Of a stretch of DNA of 64,000 bases, positions 29,235-37,261 are shown in pieces. A program made the position numbers and the translations under genes. This stretch comes from Muribaculaceae bacterium (GTDB lineage Bacteria; Bacteroidota; Bacteroidia; Bacteroidales; Muribaculaceae), in NCBI GenBank assembly GCA_045133615.1, contig JBGUUQ010000051.1, positions 22,197 through 86,196 on the forward strand, written 5' to 3'. Each line of letters opens with the position of its first letter. The stretch's first letter is position 1. Under the pieces are notes generated by a model. It had not been told where the DNA came from, made no database searches, and saw only the letters and a list, made by a program, of their open reading frames with translations.

Positions 29235-30566
29235 ATGCATATAATATTTCGTGACGAATATGGGACCATTGGTATCCGTGGCGATACCAAAGTCAATCTC
29301 TTCGGAATTGATGACCTTATCATTGGTTCTGCTGCTGCGTCTCTTGGCTCCTCGGTTATTGGTGGTATCTTCGGTTCCTCCTCTCAAAAAGACACCAACG
29401 CTACCAACTTGCAGATAGCCCGCGAGACAAACGAGCAAAACTACAAGATTTGGCAAGAACAAAAAGAGCATAATATCGACATGTTTAACATGGAGAATCA
29501 GGCGAATATCGACATGTTTAATATGGAGAATCAGGCAGCTATAGACATGTGGAATATGCAAAACGCGTATAATGACCCCTCGGCACAAGCCGAGAGGTTG
29601 TTAAACGCCGGTTTCAATCCACAACTCGCTCTCACTTCCTCGACTGCTGCCGGTAATGCTACCTCTGCTCCCTCCGTCGGTTCGCTCTCCTCCGCCTCCG
29701 CTACTCCCGCTCAAGCACCCACCATGCAAGGAACAACCGTTACCTCTCCATTTCAAGTCGCTTGGCAGAACGCTATGCAAGGTATTCAAACCATGGTAGA
29801 CGGCATTAATAAGGCTGCTCTAATGCGCCCTACGATTGACAATTTGAACTCCGGTACAAACGTCAACAACAATCAAGCCGTTAAACTTGGTTTTGAAGCT
29901 AACTATCAGAAGATAGTTAACAAATACGCTCCTACGCTCTTTGCTGAAGATGTTGAGACAAAGAAGTATAATAATGACCTTTTGGCTATGGATGTTACCT
30001 ACGGACGTGAAACGCGACAACTTCAAATAGCTTTGCTTCGTGCCGATTTTGCTTATAAGTCTTTAGACATAGAAAAGCAAACCATTCTTAACGCTTATCT
30101 CCCCGGCGAAAAGCAATTAGATATGATGACTAAAGGCGTGATGTATAGTAATCTTGTCCTCGATGGCAAAATGAAAGCTAAGGATTTGGCAAATTATTTC
30201 ACCCGTTATCTCATGGTAAATATTGCTCATGCTAATGCTCTTAACTCTCAAAAAGAAGGTCAAGACATTAAGAATGAATCCGATAAGCTTGACCTTGACA
30301 ATAAAAAAGCATTTCTCGAAGGATTTAAAACTAAGGAAGACGGAAAAATACTTGAATCGCTTGGCGGCTATTTGGCTGAATCTATGTTATTTGATGCCGA
30401 ATTGCAAGATACGTGGATTAATCCTACTCGTGAAATTGATGCTATTCACGATTATAAAACCGCTAAACGCCGTAAAACTGGAGTTACGGGCTATTTTCAT
30501 GATTTTATTGACCAATTTAGCGAATATGGACAAAAACTTTCCCCCTTTTTTAATTCGGCTAAATAA
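29235..30566 (+). CDS. minor capsid / DNA pilot protein (VP2 / H-like)
   Basis: 443 aa. It has a Gly/Ser-rich N-terminus (IGSAAASLGSSVIGGIFGSSS), Q/N-rich helical repeats and the conserved LLNAGFNPQLAL motif seen in gokushovirus and Alpavirinae VP2. Confidence 0.8.
   Translation: MHIIFRDEYGTIGIRGDTKVNLFGIDDLIIGSAAASLGSSVIGGIFGSSSQKDTNATNLQIARETNEQNYKIWQEQKEHNIDMFNMENQANIDMFNMENQAAIDMWNMQNAYNDPSAQAERLLNAGFNPQLALTSSTAAGNATSAPSVGSLSSASATPAQAPTMQGTTVTSPFQVAWQNAMQGIQTMVDGINKAALMRPTIDNLNSGTNVNNNQAVKLGFEANYQKIVNKYAPTLFAEDVETKKYNNDLLAMDVTYGRETRQLQIALLRADFAYKSLDIEKQTILNAYLPGEKQLDMMTKGVMYSNLVLDGKMKAKDLANYFTRYLMVNIAHANALNSQKEGQDIKNESDKLDLDNKKAFLEGFKTKEDGKILESLGGYLAESMLFDAELQDTWINPTREIDAIHDYKTAKRRKTGVTGYFHDFIDQFSEYGQKLSPFFNSAK
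29472..29570 (+). repeat. 33-bp tandem repeat inside VP2: two near-identical copies plus a degenerate third
   Basis: Copies at 29472-29504 and 29505-29537 differ at 2 of 33 nt and encode NIDMFNMENQA twice. 29538-29570 encodes the diverged AIDMWNMQNAY. Confidence 0.85.
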
Positions 30567-30580
30567 ATTATCTTTGTGGT

Positions 30581-30706
30581 ATGGATATTTTTTTAACATT
30601 TGGACCCTTTGTGCCTTTCTTGTTGCTCTTTGTGGTAATGATATTAGGCGCTATTTGGCTCATTATCATTTTGGTAAAAGCCATTATTAAAGAATTAAAG
30701 AAATAA
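30581..30706 (+). CDS. 41-aa single-pass membrane micro-ORF (holin-like candidate)
   Basis: My own translation is MDIFLTFGPFVPFLLLFVVMILGAIWLIIILVKAIIKELKK: one about 26-residue hydrophobic span and a Lys-rich C-tail. It starts 15 nt after the VP2 stop and is followed by a hairpin plus T-run. Confidence 0.4.
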   Translation: MDIFLTFGPFVPFLLLFVVMILGAIWLIIILVKAIIKELKK

Positions 30707-30726
30707 TCCCTACCCTTTACACTTCG

Positions 30727-30766
30727 GGCGCGCGCGTGCTACACGTGTGCGCCTGTTGTTTATTAT
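30727..30766 (+). terminator. GC-rich hairpin plus T-rich run ending the provirus gene block
   Basis: GGCGCGCGCGTG-cta-CACGTGTGCGCC forms a 12-bp stem with two G-T pairs, followed by TGTTGTTTATTAT. Confidence 0.5.
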
Positions 30767-30836
30767 CCTAAAAGTCGACAAATTGAGGGCTGATCAGCTT
30801 CAGCTCTCTCGATTTATTGGAATAAAACGGAACAAC

Positions 30837-30986
30837 GCGAAGCCCGTAAAAAGATAAAAAGCGAAGCGTCTCCATTTTCGGAAATAACACCGAGCGCGGA
30901 AGACCGCGCGAGACCTCTACGAAAATACGGACGGAGTGCATCCCGTCGAGCGAAGCGAGCGGGACCGCCCTACTCTGATGCGAAGC
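30837..30986 (+). repeat. four same-strand copies of GCGAAGC (30837, 30861, 30950, 30980)
   Basis: These are exact 7-mers read directly from the sequence. About 4 per strand would be expected by chance in the whole 64 kb. Confidence 0.8.
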
Positions 30987-31100
30987 CATTACACTTTTGC
31001 CCGAAAGGGTTCGCGGTTTGCTCTTGCTCCCGCGAACAATATTTCCTTGGCTTATTATAGCAAAAGTGACAGAAAAATATTACCTTTGTAAACTGCTCAC

Positions 31101-31122
31101 TCATGTTAAATTCATGTTAAAT
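31101..31122 (+). repeat. tandem 11-mer TCATGTTAAAT x2 (inverted XerD-arm-like half sites)
   Basis: There are two perfect adjacent copies. ATGTTAAAT is the reverse complement of the attL arm ATTTAACAT. The pair sits 2 nt upstream of the attR arm. Confidence 0.8.
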
Positions 31123-31124
31123 CT

Positions 31125-31157
31125 AATTAACCTATTGTAAGTTATAAGAAAAATATT
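31125..31157. repeat. attR: degenerate-arm dif-like site AATTAACCTAT-TGTAAG-TTATAAGAAAA (+ATATT)
   Basis: The central region and right arm are identical to attL. The left arm differs at 3 of 11 positions. Confidence 0.75.
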
Positions 31158-31254
31158 TCCGTCTCAACCGCGACAAAATTCACATCACCACCTCCACAAA
31201 TTGCATAACACACGAATTATCGTTATCTTTACATCGCAATTCTTATTTTGAATT

Positions 31255-31695
31255 ATGACGTTGCCCTCAAAAATCATATCAACACTTGTTTCCATTACAG
31301 TTGTGATGGCTTCATTGTTGCAATTTCATCACCACGATTGCGATGGCAACATTTACATTCATCTGACCACACTCGACGACATTGCGCTCGGATACTCCGG
31401 TCTGCACATTGACGAATGTAACCATTCCGATGACCATCACCACACCACAGATTGCAACGACCACGAAAATTGCGCACTTCACATCGCCATTTCCAAAGCC
31501 ACAAAACAAAGTCAGCAATCCGTTGCCTCCCCGTCATTCGACTTGTCATATATTTTGGCAGACATTCTTGAATTGCAAAAACCGCAAAATGAAACTCATA
31601 TTTCATACAATACACACATATTTTTCCTAATCTGCCCCAATTCGCAGTTACCCTCATTGCTGCGAGCACCACCGACAATCGCCCAATACAAATAG
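31255..31695 (+). CDS. small membrane-anchored His/Cys-rich protein (putative metal-binding accessory protein of the efflux operon)
   Basis: 146 aa. An N-terminal hydrophobic anchor is followed by HHHDCDG...HIDECNHSDDHHHTTDCNDHENCALH. The gene is immediately upstream of, and co-oriented with, the RND metal efflux genes. Confidence 0.6.
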   Translation: MTLPSKIISTLVSITVVMASLLQFHHHDCDGNIYIHLTTLDDIALGYSGLHIDECNHSDDHHHTTDCNDHENCALHIAISKATKQSQQSVASPSFDLSYILADILELQKPQNETHISYNTHIFFLICPNSQLPSLLRAPPTIAQYK

Positions 31696-31738
31696 TTATA
31701 TATCAACCACTTATCTACTAACCAAATTCTTTTTTTTC

Positions 31739-32947
31739 ATGAAACTACATATTTCTATCCTATCTATAGGACTTGCCTTGGCATGTCTTAGTTGCTCACA
31801 TTCAGCCAAAGACGATGGTCTGGGCCACGACCATAGCCATCATCATCACGAAGAACCCGCCCACACTCATGGTCATCACGAAGAGCCCGAAGGTCATCAC
31901 CACGAACACGAGCACGCCAAAGACGCTCACAGCAACGATGAAATCGTACTCGAACCCTCTGCTGCTCACCGTTTTGGCGTTCAGGTACAAACAATTACGC
32001 CTCGCGACTTCAACGAAATTGTTAAAGTTTCCGGACAAATCATATCCGCACCCGGCGACCAAGGTGTCGCATCTGCCCAATCGGCAGGCATCGTATCCAT
32101 CGCCGGCGGCATCACAGAAGGATGTCGTATCTCCGCAGGAACATCCATAGCACATATATCGGCACAAAAAATGGCTGGAGGCGATCCCAACGCCACCGCA
32201 AAAGCCAACTTAGATGCCACCAAGCGCGAACTCGACCGCATCACCCCTCTACATGCCGACGGCATAGTCTCCACCAAAGACTTCAATGCCGCCAAGCAAG
32301 CCTACGAACTCGCCCGCGCAGCATATTCCGGCAACTCATCCGGTAGCGCAGTTTCCTCCCCGATAGCCGGAGTCATAACCCAGATTCTCGTTCAGCAAGG
32401 CCAATTTGTCGAAGCCGGACAACCCATAGCCGTAATATCTAAAAACTCTCGACTCACATTACGCGCCGACCTTCCGGAAAAATACTACAACTTCCTACCC
32501 ACCATCACCACAGCAAATTTCCGCCCTTCCTACTCCGACTCAATCATATCATTAAGCAAAATCAACGGCACAGTCATATCCGCATCCTCCTCCGCTGCCC
32601 CGTCGCAGTCCGGATATATTCCCGTCTACTTCTCATTCGACAACGACGGCTCTGCCATTCCCGGCACATTTGCCGAGATATATCTCATCGGAGCCACCCG
32701 TCCAAACGCAATAGTCGTCCCTATCGAAGCCATCACCGAGCAGCAAGGCAAATACTACGCCTATGTCCGTCTCGATGAAGAATGTTACGAAAAACGCCTC
32801 GTTTCATTAGGCAAATCCAACGGAAGTGAAGTCGAAATTTTGTCCGGACTCAATATCGGCGACAACGTTGTCTCCCATGGAGCTATCATCGTAAAACTTG
32901 CCGAGTCAAGCGGAGTTATCCCCGAAGGACATAGCCATAACCATTAA
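31739..32947 (+). CDS. RND efflux periplasmic adaptor (CzcB/CusB-like) with a His-rich N-terminal tract
   Basis: 402 aa. It has a lipoprotein signal (LALACLSC), the tract HDHSHHHHEEPAHTHGHHEEPEGHHHEHEH, and then an MFP barrel-sandwich/beta-barrel region. Confidence 0.88.
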   Translation: MKLHISILSIGLALACLSCSHSAKDDGLGHDHSHHHHEEPAHTHGHHEEPEGHHHEHEHAKDAHSNDEIVLEPSAAHRFGVQVQTITPRDFNEIVKVSGQIISAPGDQGVASAQSAGIVSIAGGITEGCRISAGTSIAHISAQKMAGGDPNATAKANLDATKRELDRITPLHADGIVSTKDFNAAKQAYELARAAYSGNSSGSAVSSPIAGVITQILVQQGQFVEAGQPIAVISKNSRLTLRADLPEKYYNFLPTITTANFRPSYSDSIISLSKINGTVISASSSAAPSQSGYIPVYFSFDNDGSAIPGTFAEIYLIGATRPNAIVVPIEAITEQQGKYYAYVRLDEECYEKRLVSLGKSNGSEVEILSGLNIGDNVVSHGAIIVKLAESSGVIPEGHSHNH

Positions 32948-32959
32948 TGCCGTATCATC

Positions 32960-35900
32960 ATGCTTAACAAAATCATACGGTTTTCACTCAACAACCGCAT
33001 CATAGTCCTAATCCTTGCCGGACTATTGACACTCGCCGGTGTATTCGTTCTCACACGCACCGAAGTTGATATATTTCCCGACCTCAACGCCCCCACAGTC
33101 GTCGTAATGACCGAAGCACCGGGATTTGCGCCTGAAGAAGTCGAAAAACTCGTTTCATTCCCCCTCGAGACCTCCGTCAACGGAGCTACAGGCGTACGCC
33201 GTGTACGCTCATCGTCAGCGACAGGCTTCTCCGTCGTATGGGTAGAATTCGATTGGGGTACCGACATCTATCAAGCCCGACAGATTGTATCCGAAAAGAT
33301 TGCAAGCGTAAGCGAACAGCTTCCTCCAGGAGTCAACACCCCCACTCTTGGTCCGCAATCATCCATTCTTGGCGAAATCATGATTATCGGACTCACTGCC
33401 GATTCCACATCCATGAGCGATTTGCGCACACTTGCCGACCGCACCATCCGCCCGCGATTACTCGCCATCGGAGGAGTCTCACAAGTAGCCGTAATCGGAG
33501 GTGACATCAAAGAATACCAAATCCAATTGGCTCCGGAACGCATGAAACACTACAATGTAACCCTCGATGAGGTCACATCATGCGTAGAAGGCATCAACAA
33601 CAATGCTGCCGGAGGCGTACTCTACGAATACGGCAACGAATACATCATCAAAGGCGACGTAAACACCACATCCACCGAAGCCCTTGGCAAAGCCGTTATC
33701 CGCAGCGACCAACAAGGCACAATTCTCCTCGAAGACATCGCCACCGTACAGATTGGCAACAAAATGCCGCGACTTGGTGTCGCTTCCGTTAAGGCACAAC
33801 CCGCCGTACTCATCACCTGCACCAAGCAACCCGCCGTCGGCACCATCGAGTTGACCGAAAAGATTGAGCACGAACTCGCTTCGATGCAAAAAAATCTACC
33901 TCCCGACATCGTTGTATCCACCGACATTTTCAAGCAAAGCGACTTTATTGACAACTCCATCTCCAACCTACAGCAGTCGCTTATCGAAGGTGCCATATTC
34001 GTTATCATCATCCTCTTCCTCTTCTTGATGAACACGCGCACCACCATCATCTCCCTCGTCGCGCTCCCGCTATCCATCATCATCGCCGTACTCGTCCTCT
34101 ACTTCATGGGATTCAGCATCAACACCATGAGCCTCGGTGGTATAGCCATAGCCATTGGATCGCTTGTCGACGATGCAATTGTCGATGTCGAAAACGTCTA
34201 CAAACGCCTGCGGGCCAACCGCTCTCTGCCCGAAGAGCAACGCCGTTCCACACTCGACATCGTCTTCCACGCATCCACCGAAGTCCGCATGCCCATTTTC
34301 AACTCCTCCCTCATCATCATAGCGAGTTTCCTTCCCCTCTTCTTCCTCAGTGGCATCGAAGGACGCATGTTGATACCCCTCGGCATATCATTTATCGTCG
34401 CACTCATTGCGTCCACCATCGTAGCCCTCACCATCACCCCCGTCCTTTGCAGCTACATGCTCGGCACTCCGAAAGCCCTCAACTCTTTGGATAAAGAGCC
34501 GTGGACAACCACAAAACTAAAGGTCGGCTACACCAAAGTTCTGCAATGGTGCTTCGACCACAAACGCATTCTTCTTGGCGGGACTGGCGGATTATTCCTC
34601 CTCGCCGGTATTCTGTTCTTCACCCTCGGTCGAAGCTTTCTCCCCTCTTTCAACGAAGGTTCTTTCACCATCAACGTAAGCACCCTTCCCGGCATCTCGC
34701 TCGACGAAAGCGACCGCATCGGACGTGAAGCCGAGCAGATCATCATGTCCATCCCCGAAGTGCAGACCGTTGCCCGCAAGACAGGTCGAGCCGAACTCGA
34801 CGAACACTCGCTTGGTGTCAACGTCTCTGAGATTGAAGCCCCCTACATCCTCGACAATCGTTCGCGCGGAGAAGTCGTTCGCGAGCTCCGAGCTAAATTG
34901 TCCGAACTTCCCGGCGTAAACATCGAGATTGGGCAACCGATTTCCCACCGCATCGACGCCATGCTCTCCGGTACTGAAGCCCAAATCGCCATCAAACTAT
35001 TTGGCGACGACCTCAATCGGCTCTATTCCATCGGTAGCCAAATCAAAAAAGCGATATCCGATGTCGAAGGCATCGCCGACGTCAACATAGAGCAACAAAT
35101 CGAGCGTCCGCAACTCGACATCCGTCCTCGTCGCGAAATGCTTGCCAAATACGGAATCCCGGTCAACGAATTCACCCACTTCATCGATGTCACACTTGCC
35201 GGACAAGTTGTATCGCAGGTCTACGAACAAGGCTTACCCTACGACATCACCGTACGCCTCGACGACGACCGCCGCAACTCCATCGCCAAGATTTCCGATT
35301 TGATGATCGACAGCAACGTCGGTAAAATTCCCCTAAGCTATGTTGCCGACATCGTTTCAACATCCGGTCCCAACACTATCAACCGCGAAAACGTCAGCCG
35401 ACGCATCGTCATCTCTGCCAACGTCGACGACCGCGACCTCCGCAGCGTAGTCAACGACATCCAAGAGCACATCGCCGAACATATCGAACTCCCCGAAAAC
35501 TACTACATCACCTACGGCGGACAGTTTGAAAGCGAAGCCGAAGCCTCCCGCACACTGGCACTCACCTCCATCGGCGCACTGATTGTGATATTCATGCTCC
35601 TCTACCAAGAGTTCCGCAACATCCGTCAGTCGCTCATCATCCTCCTCAACATGCCGTTGGCCATGATTGGAGGCGTACTGATACTTTGTCTCACCTCCGG
35701 CGAACTAAATATTCCGGCTATCATCGGCTTCATCTCGCTTCTCGGCATCACCACCCGCAACGGCATGCTGCTCATGTCGCGCTACAACCATCTGTGCGAC
35801 GAAGGAATGCCACTGCGCCAACGCATCTTCGTTGGTTCCGCCGACCGTCTCAACCCCATCATCATGACAGCACTCACCTCGGCATTGGCACTCATTCCAA

Positions 35901-36055
35901 TCGCCCTGCGCGGAGGTGAACCGGGCAACGAAATCCAATCTCCGCTGGCAATCGTCATCCTCGGAGGACTGCTCACCTCTACCATTCTCAACGTATTGGT
36001 CGTTCCCGTCGTCTACTATCTCACATATCGAAACAAAGAAAACGTATCAAAATGA
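32960..36055 (+). CDS. CusA/CzcA-family heavy-metal efflux RND pump
   Basis: 1031 aa with 12-TM RND topology. The N-terminus (IIRFSLNNRIIVL) and motifs (GGIAIAIGSLVDDAIV..EN) are HME-RND-like. Confidence 0.92.
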   Translation: MLNKIIRFSLNNRIIVLILAGLLTLAGVFVLTRTEVDIFPDLNAPTVVVMTEAPGFAPEEVEKLVSFPLETSVNGATGVRRVRSSSATGFSVVWVEFDWGTDIYQARQIVSEKIASVSEQLPPGVNTPTLGPQSSILGEIMIIGLTADSTSMSDLRTLADRTIRPRLLAIGGVSQVAVIGGDIKEYQIQLAPERMKHYNVTLDEVTSCVEGINNNAAGGVLYEYGNEYIIKGDVNTTSTEALGKAVIRSDQQGTILLEDIATVQIGNKMPRLGVASVKAQPAVLITCTKQPAVGTIELTEKIEHELASMQKNLPPDIVVSTDIFKQSDFIDNSISNLQQSLIEGAIFVIIILFLFLMNTRTTIISLVALPLSIIIAVLVLYFMGFSINTMSLGGIAIAIGSLVDDAIVDVENVYKRLRANRSLPEEQRRSTLDIVFHASTEVRMPIFNSSLIIIASFLPLFFLSGIEGRMLIPLGISFIVALIASTIVALTITPVLCSYMLGTPKALNSLDKEPWTTTKLKVGYTKVLQWCFDHKRILLGGTGGLFLLAGILFFTLGRSFLPSFNEGSFTINVSTLPGISLDESDRIGREAEQIIMSIPEVQTVARKTGRAELDEHSLGVNVSEIEAPYILDNRSRGEVVRELRAKLSELPGVNIEIGQPISHRIDAMLSGTEAQIAIKLFGDDLNRLYSIGSQIKKAISDVEGIADVNIEQQIERPQLDIRPRREMLAKYGIPVNEFTHFIDVTLAGQVVSQVYEQGLPYDITVRLDDDRRNSIAKISDLMIDSNVGKIPLSYVADIVSTSGPNTINRENVSRRIVISANVDDRDLRSVVNDIQEHIAEHIELPENYYITYGGQFESEAEASRTLALTSIGALIVIFMLLYQEFRNIRQSLIILLNMPLAMIGGVLILCLTSGELNIPAIIGFISLLGITTRNGMLLMSRYNHLCDEGMPLRQRIFVGSADRLNPIIMTALTSALALIPIALRGGEPGNEIQSPLAIVILGGLLTSTILNVLVVPVVYYLTYRNKENVSK

Positions 36056-37236
36056 AACGAATCCTATTCTCCATATACTGCTGCGCCGCGACCGCCTGCC
36101 TCGCCGGAGCGCAATCATTCGACGCCTTGATTCGTCAGGTAGTCGAAAACAATCCGGAGATAATCTCCGCCAACGCCTCCGCCGAAAGCGAACTGCTCAA
36201 TCTGCGTAGCGAAAACAATCTCGCCGACCCCGAAATCGGATTTGAGCACATGTGGGCGCCCTCCGGTGTCGAAAACAAATGGAATGCCTCTATCAGCCAG
36301 TCATTCGACTGGCCGGGAGTTTATCAGGCCCGCAGCAAAGCCTATCGTAGCGCATCATCGGCAATGGATTACCTTCGTCAAAGTCGCTACATCGACAAAT
36401 CTCTCGAAGTAAAGCTCCTGTTCATCGACATCATCAACACCCGCAAATTGCTCGCCCTTTGTGATACAAGTCTCGATTTATTCTCCAACCTCCTCTCTCA
36501 TTATCAAAAAGGTTACGAGCAAGGCGAATTTACGCGACTTGACATCAATAAAATTCGCGTCGAGCAATTAAGCCTCACCCGTCGTCGCGCATCGCTTGAC
36601 TCACAACTCGAAGTCCTCAAAGGCTCCCTTACTGCTCTGAACGGCGGCAATGATTGTAGCGACATTCTCGCTCTTCTATCCGAATATCCCGATGAGCCGC
36701 TTCTCTCCATCGCCGACTACGAGCAGCTTCTTGCCACTCACGACCCGCAACTCAACTATCAATCATCGCTAATCGAGTCGCAGCAACACCTTGCCAAAGC
36801 TGCACAACTGAGCCGTTACCCCTCTTTCTCCATCGGCTATGCCCATGCCCGCGAAGAAGGACACTCGTTCAACGGCATCTCTCTCTCCGTCACCCTGCCG
36901 TTCTTCTCCTCTCGCCACAAAGCCAAAGCAGCCGAAATCATGCAGCAATCCTATGTTGCCGACCTCAACGGAGTAAAAGTCGACCGCTCCGCCACAATGT
37001 TCGCCGACCACGCGATAGCCACCTCCCTCTTCCGCGAAATAGCCGACTACCGCACTATTCTCGACGACGGCTACCTCTCTCTCTTGCGCAAAGCCCTCGA
37101 CGGCGGAGAAATGACTCTCATCAGCTACATACAGGAAGTCAACTTCTATCAAGAAGCCGTAGCCGACATGCTCGAAGTCGAATACCAATACCACCTCACA
37201 TTGGCTCGACTCAACCGCTACGCGACAATTCCGTAA
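36052..37236 (+). CDS. TolC-family outer membrane efflux protein (CzcC-like)
   Basis: 394 aa with a signal peptide and two OEP repeats. An ATGA overlap couples it to the pump gene. Confidence 0.85.
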   Translation: MKRILFSIYCCAATACLAGAQSFDALIRQVVENNPEIISANASAESELLNLRSENNLADPEIGFEHMWAPSGVENKWNASISQSFDWPGVYQARSKAYRSASSAMDYLRQSRYIDKSLEVKLLFIDIINTRKLLALCDTSLDLFSNLLSHYQKGYEQGEFTRLDINKIRVEQLSLTRRRASLDSQLEVLKGSLTALNGGNDCSDILALLSEYPDEPLLSIADYEQLLATHDPQLNYQSSLIESQQHLAKAAQLSRYPSFSIGYAHAREEGHSFNGISLSVTLPFFSSRHKAKAAEIMQQSYVADLNGVKVDRSATMFADHAIATSLFREIADYRTILDDGYLSLLRKALDGGEMTLISYIQEVNFYQEAVADMLEVEYQYHLTLARLNRYATIP

Positions 37237-37261
37237 CCGAATACTCCTCAATCCACTCATC

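Larger units (their letters stand above)
30707..31135 (+). other. provirus non-coding region dense in short GC hairpins (candidate ssDNA origin/priming region)
   Basis: There is no credible + strand ORF. Hairpins lie at 30727-30753, 30894-30909, 31000-31009 and 31010-31036, and there are four GCGAAGC motifs. Confidence 0.55.
24474..31157 (+). mobile_element. integrated Microviridae (Alpavirinae-like) provirus, about 6.66 kb, no integrase
   Basis: The block is bounded by a 22-bp perfect direct repeat. It holds nine tightly packed same-strand ORFs, including a rolling-circle Rep, major capsid and pilot protein, and it interrupts a host intergenic region. Confidence 0.88.

Noticed and set aside
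30768-30989. A 73-aa minus-strand ORF lies inside the provirus non-coding region.
   Set aside because: All recognisable microvirus genes are on one strand. The ORF coincides with the GC-rich hairpin and GCGAAGC cluster, which explains the lack of stops.
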